From an uncultured Chloroflexia bacterium (GTDB lineage Bacteria > Chloroflexota > Dehalococcoidia > DSTF01 > JACRBR01), in NCBI GenBank assembly GCA_963736015.1, contig CAVTNG010000004.1, positions 39,920 through 103,919 on the forward strand: a stretch of 64,000 bases of DNA, written 5' to 3'. Below are positions 63,669-64,000 of this stretch, piece by piece. The stretch's first letter is position 1. Each line of letters starts with the position of its first letter. A model generated the notes under the pieces. It did no database searches. It was not told the DNA's origin and worked only from the letters and a program-made list of their open reading frames with translations. A program made the position numbers and the translations under genes.

Positions 63669-64000
63669 ATGCTCATCCTCCTGGTCAACGGGCCGAATCT
63701 GAATACGCTCGGTAGCCGCGAGCCCGAGATCTACGGCACCACGACGCTCCCTGAAATTGAGGAGATGGTCCGCCGTCGGGCTGCCGAGTTCGGCGCCGAG
63801 GTGAGGGCATTCCAGGCAAACAGCGAGGGCGCCATCATCGATTGGCTCCAACACGAGCAATCGGGCGCCGCTGGGCTGATCATCAACGCCGGCGCCCTTA
63901 CGCACTATGGGATGGCTCTGGCGGACGCTGTGGCCGCGACGAACATCCCCGCGATCGAGGTCCACGTCTCCAACGTATGGAAGCGCGAGGCCTTCCGCCA
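63669..64000 (+). CDS. aroQ: Type II 3-dehydroquinate dehydratase (3' truncated)
   Basis: [48 protein letters not shown]. Confidence 0.95.
   Translation, partial: MLILLVNGPNLNTLGSREPEIYGTTTLPEIEEMVRRRAAEFGAEVRAFQANSEGAIIDWLQHEQSGAAGLIINAGALTHYGMALADAVAATNIPAIEVHVSNVWKREAFR

Overview
A GC-rich chromosomal segment of a bacterium, most likely a Chloroflexota (Dehalococcoidia-like); this is inferred from gene content and was not searched. Many conserved genes are broken by single-base indels, which look like uncorrected long-read errors, so several CDS spans below join more than one frame. Content in order: end of a dnaE2-dinB-ASCH/HTH mutagenesis unit, a solitary beta-class DNA methyltransferase, an HD-GYP protein, a group-2-like sigma70, an acyl-CoA ligase, K+-independent H+-PPase, a PT-repeat/dockerin-like secreted protein, duplicated MaoC pairs and SDRs, a XerC/D-type recombinase, wzm/wzt with modifying enzymes, tRNA-Asp, tesB, a sirtuin, ispH, DUF512, a glmS ribozyme plus glmS, nadB-nadC with an NrtR-type operator, dtd, an rml/glycosyltransferase cluster, a catabolic-looking operon, a degenerate GGDEF protein and the start of aroQ. 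No CRISPR array, reverse transcriptase, transposase or prophage is evident. The most novel-looking signals are non-coding or unannotated. (1) A ~145-nt candidate sRNA at 44680-44823 with a TTAA-N7-TTAA promoter box, an anti-Shine-Dalgarno loop and an intrinsic terminator. (2) A small DUF4177 gene whose 5' and 3' UTRs form a ~45-bp bulged panhandle. (3) A PopZ-like scaffold candidate next to the degenerate GGDEF gene. (4) A stray ~62-bp 2-oxoacid:ferredoxin oxidoreductase alpha-subunit fragment downstream of tRNA-Asp.
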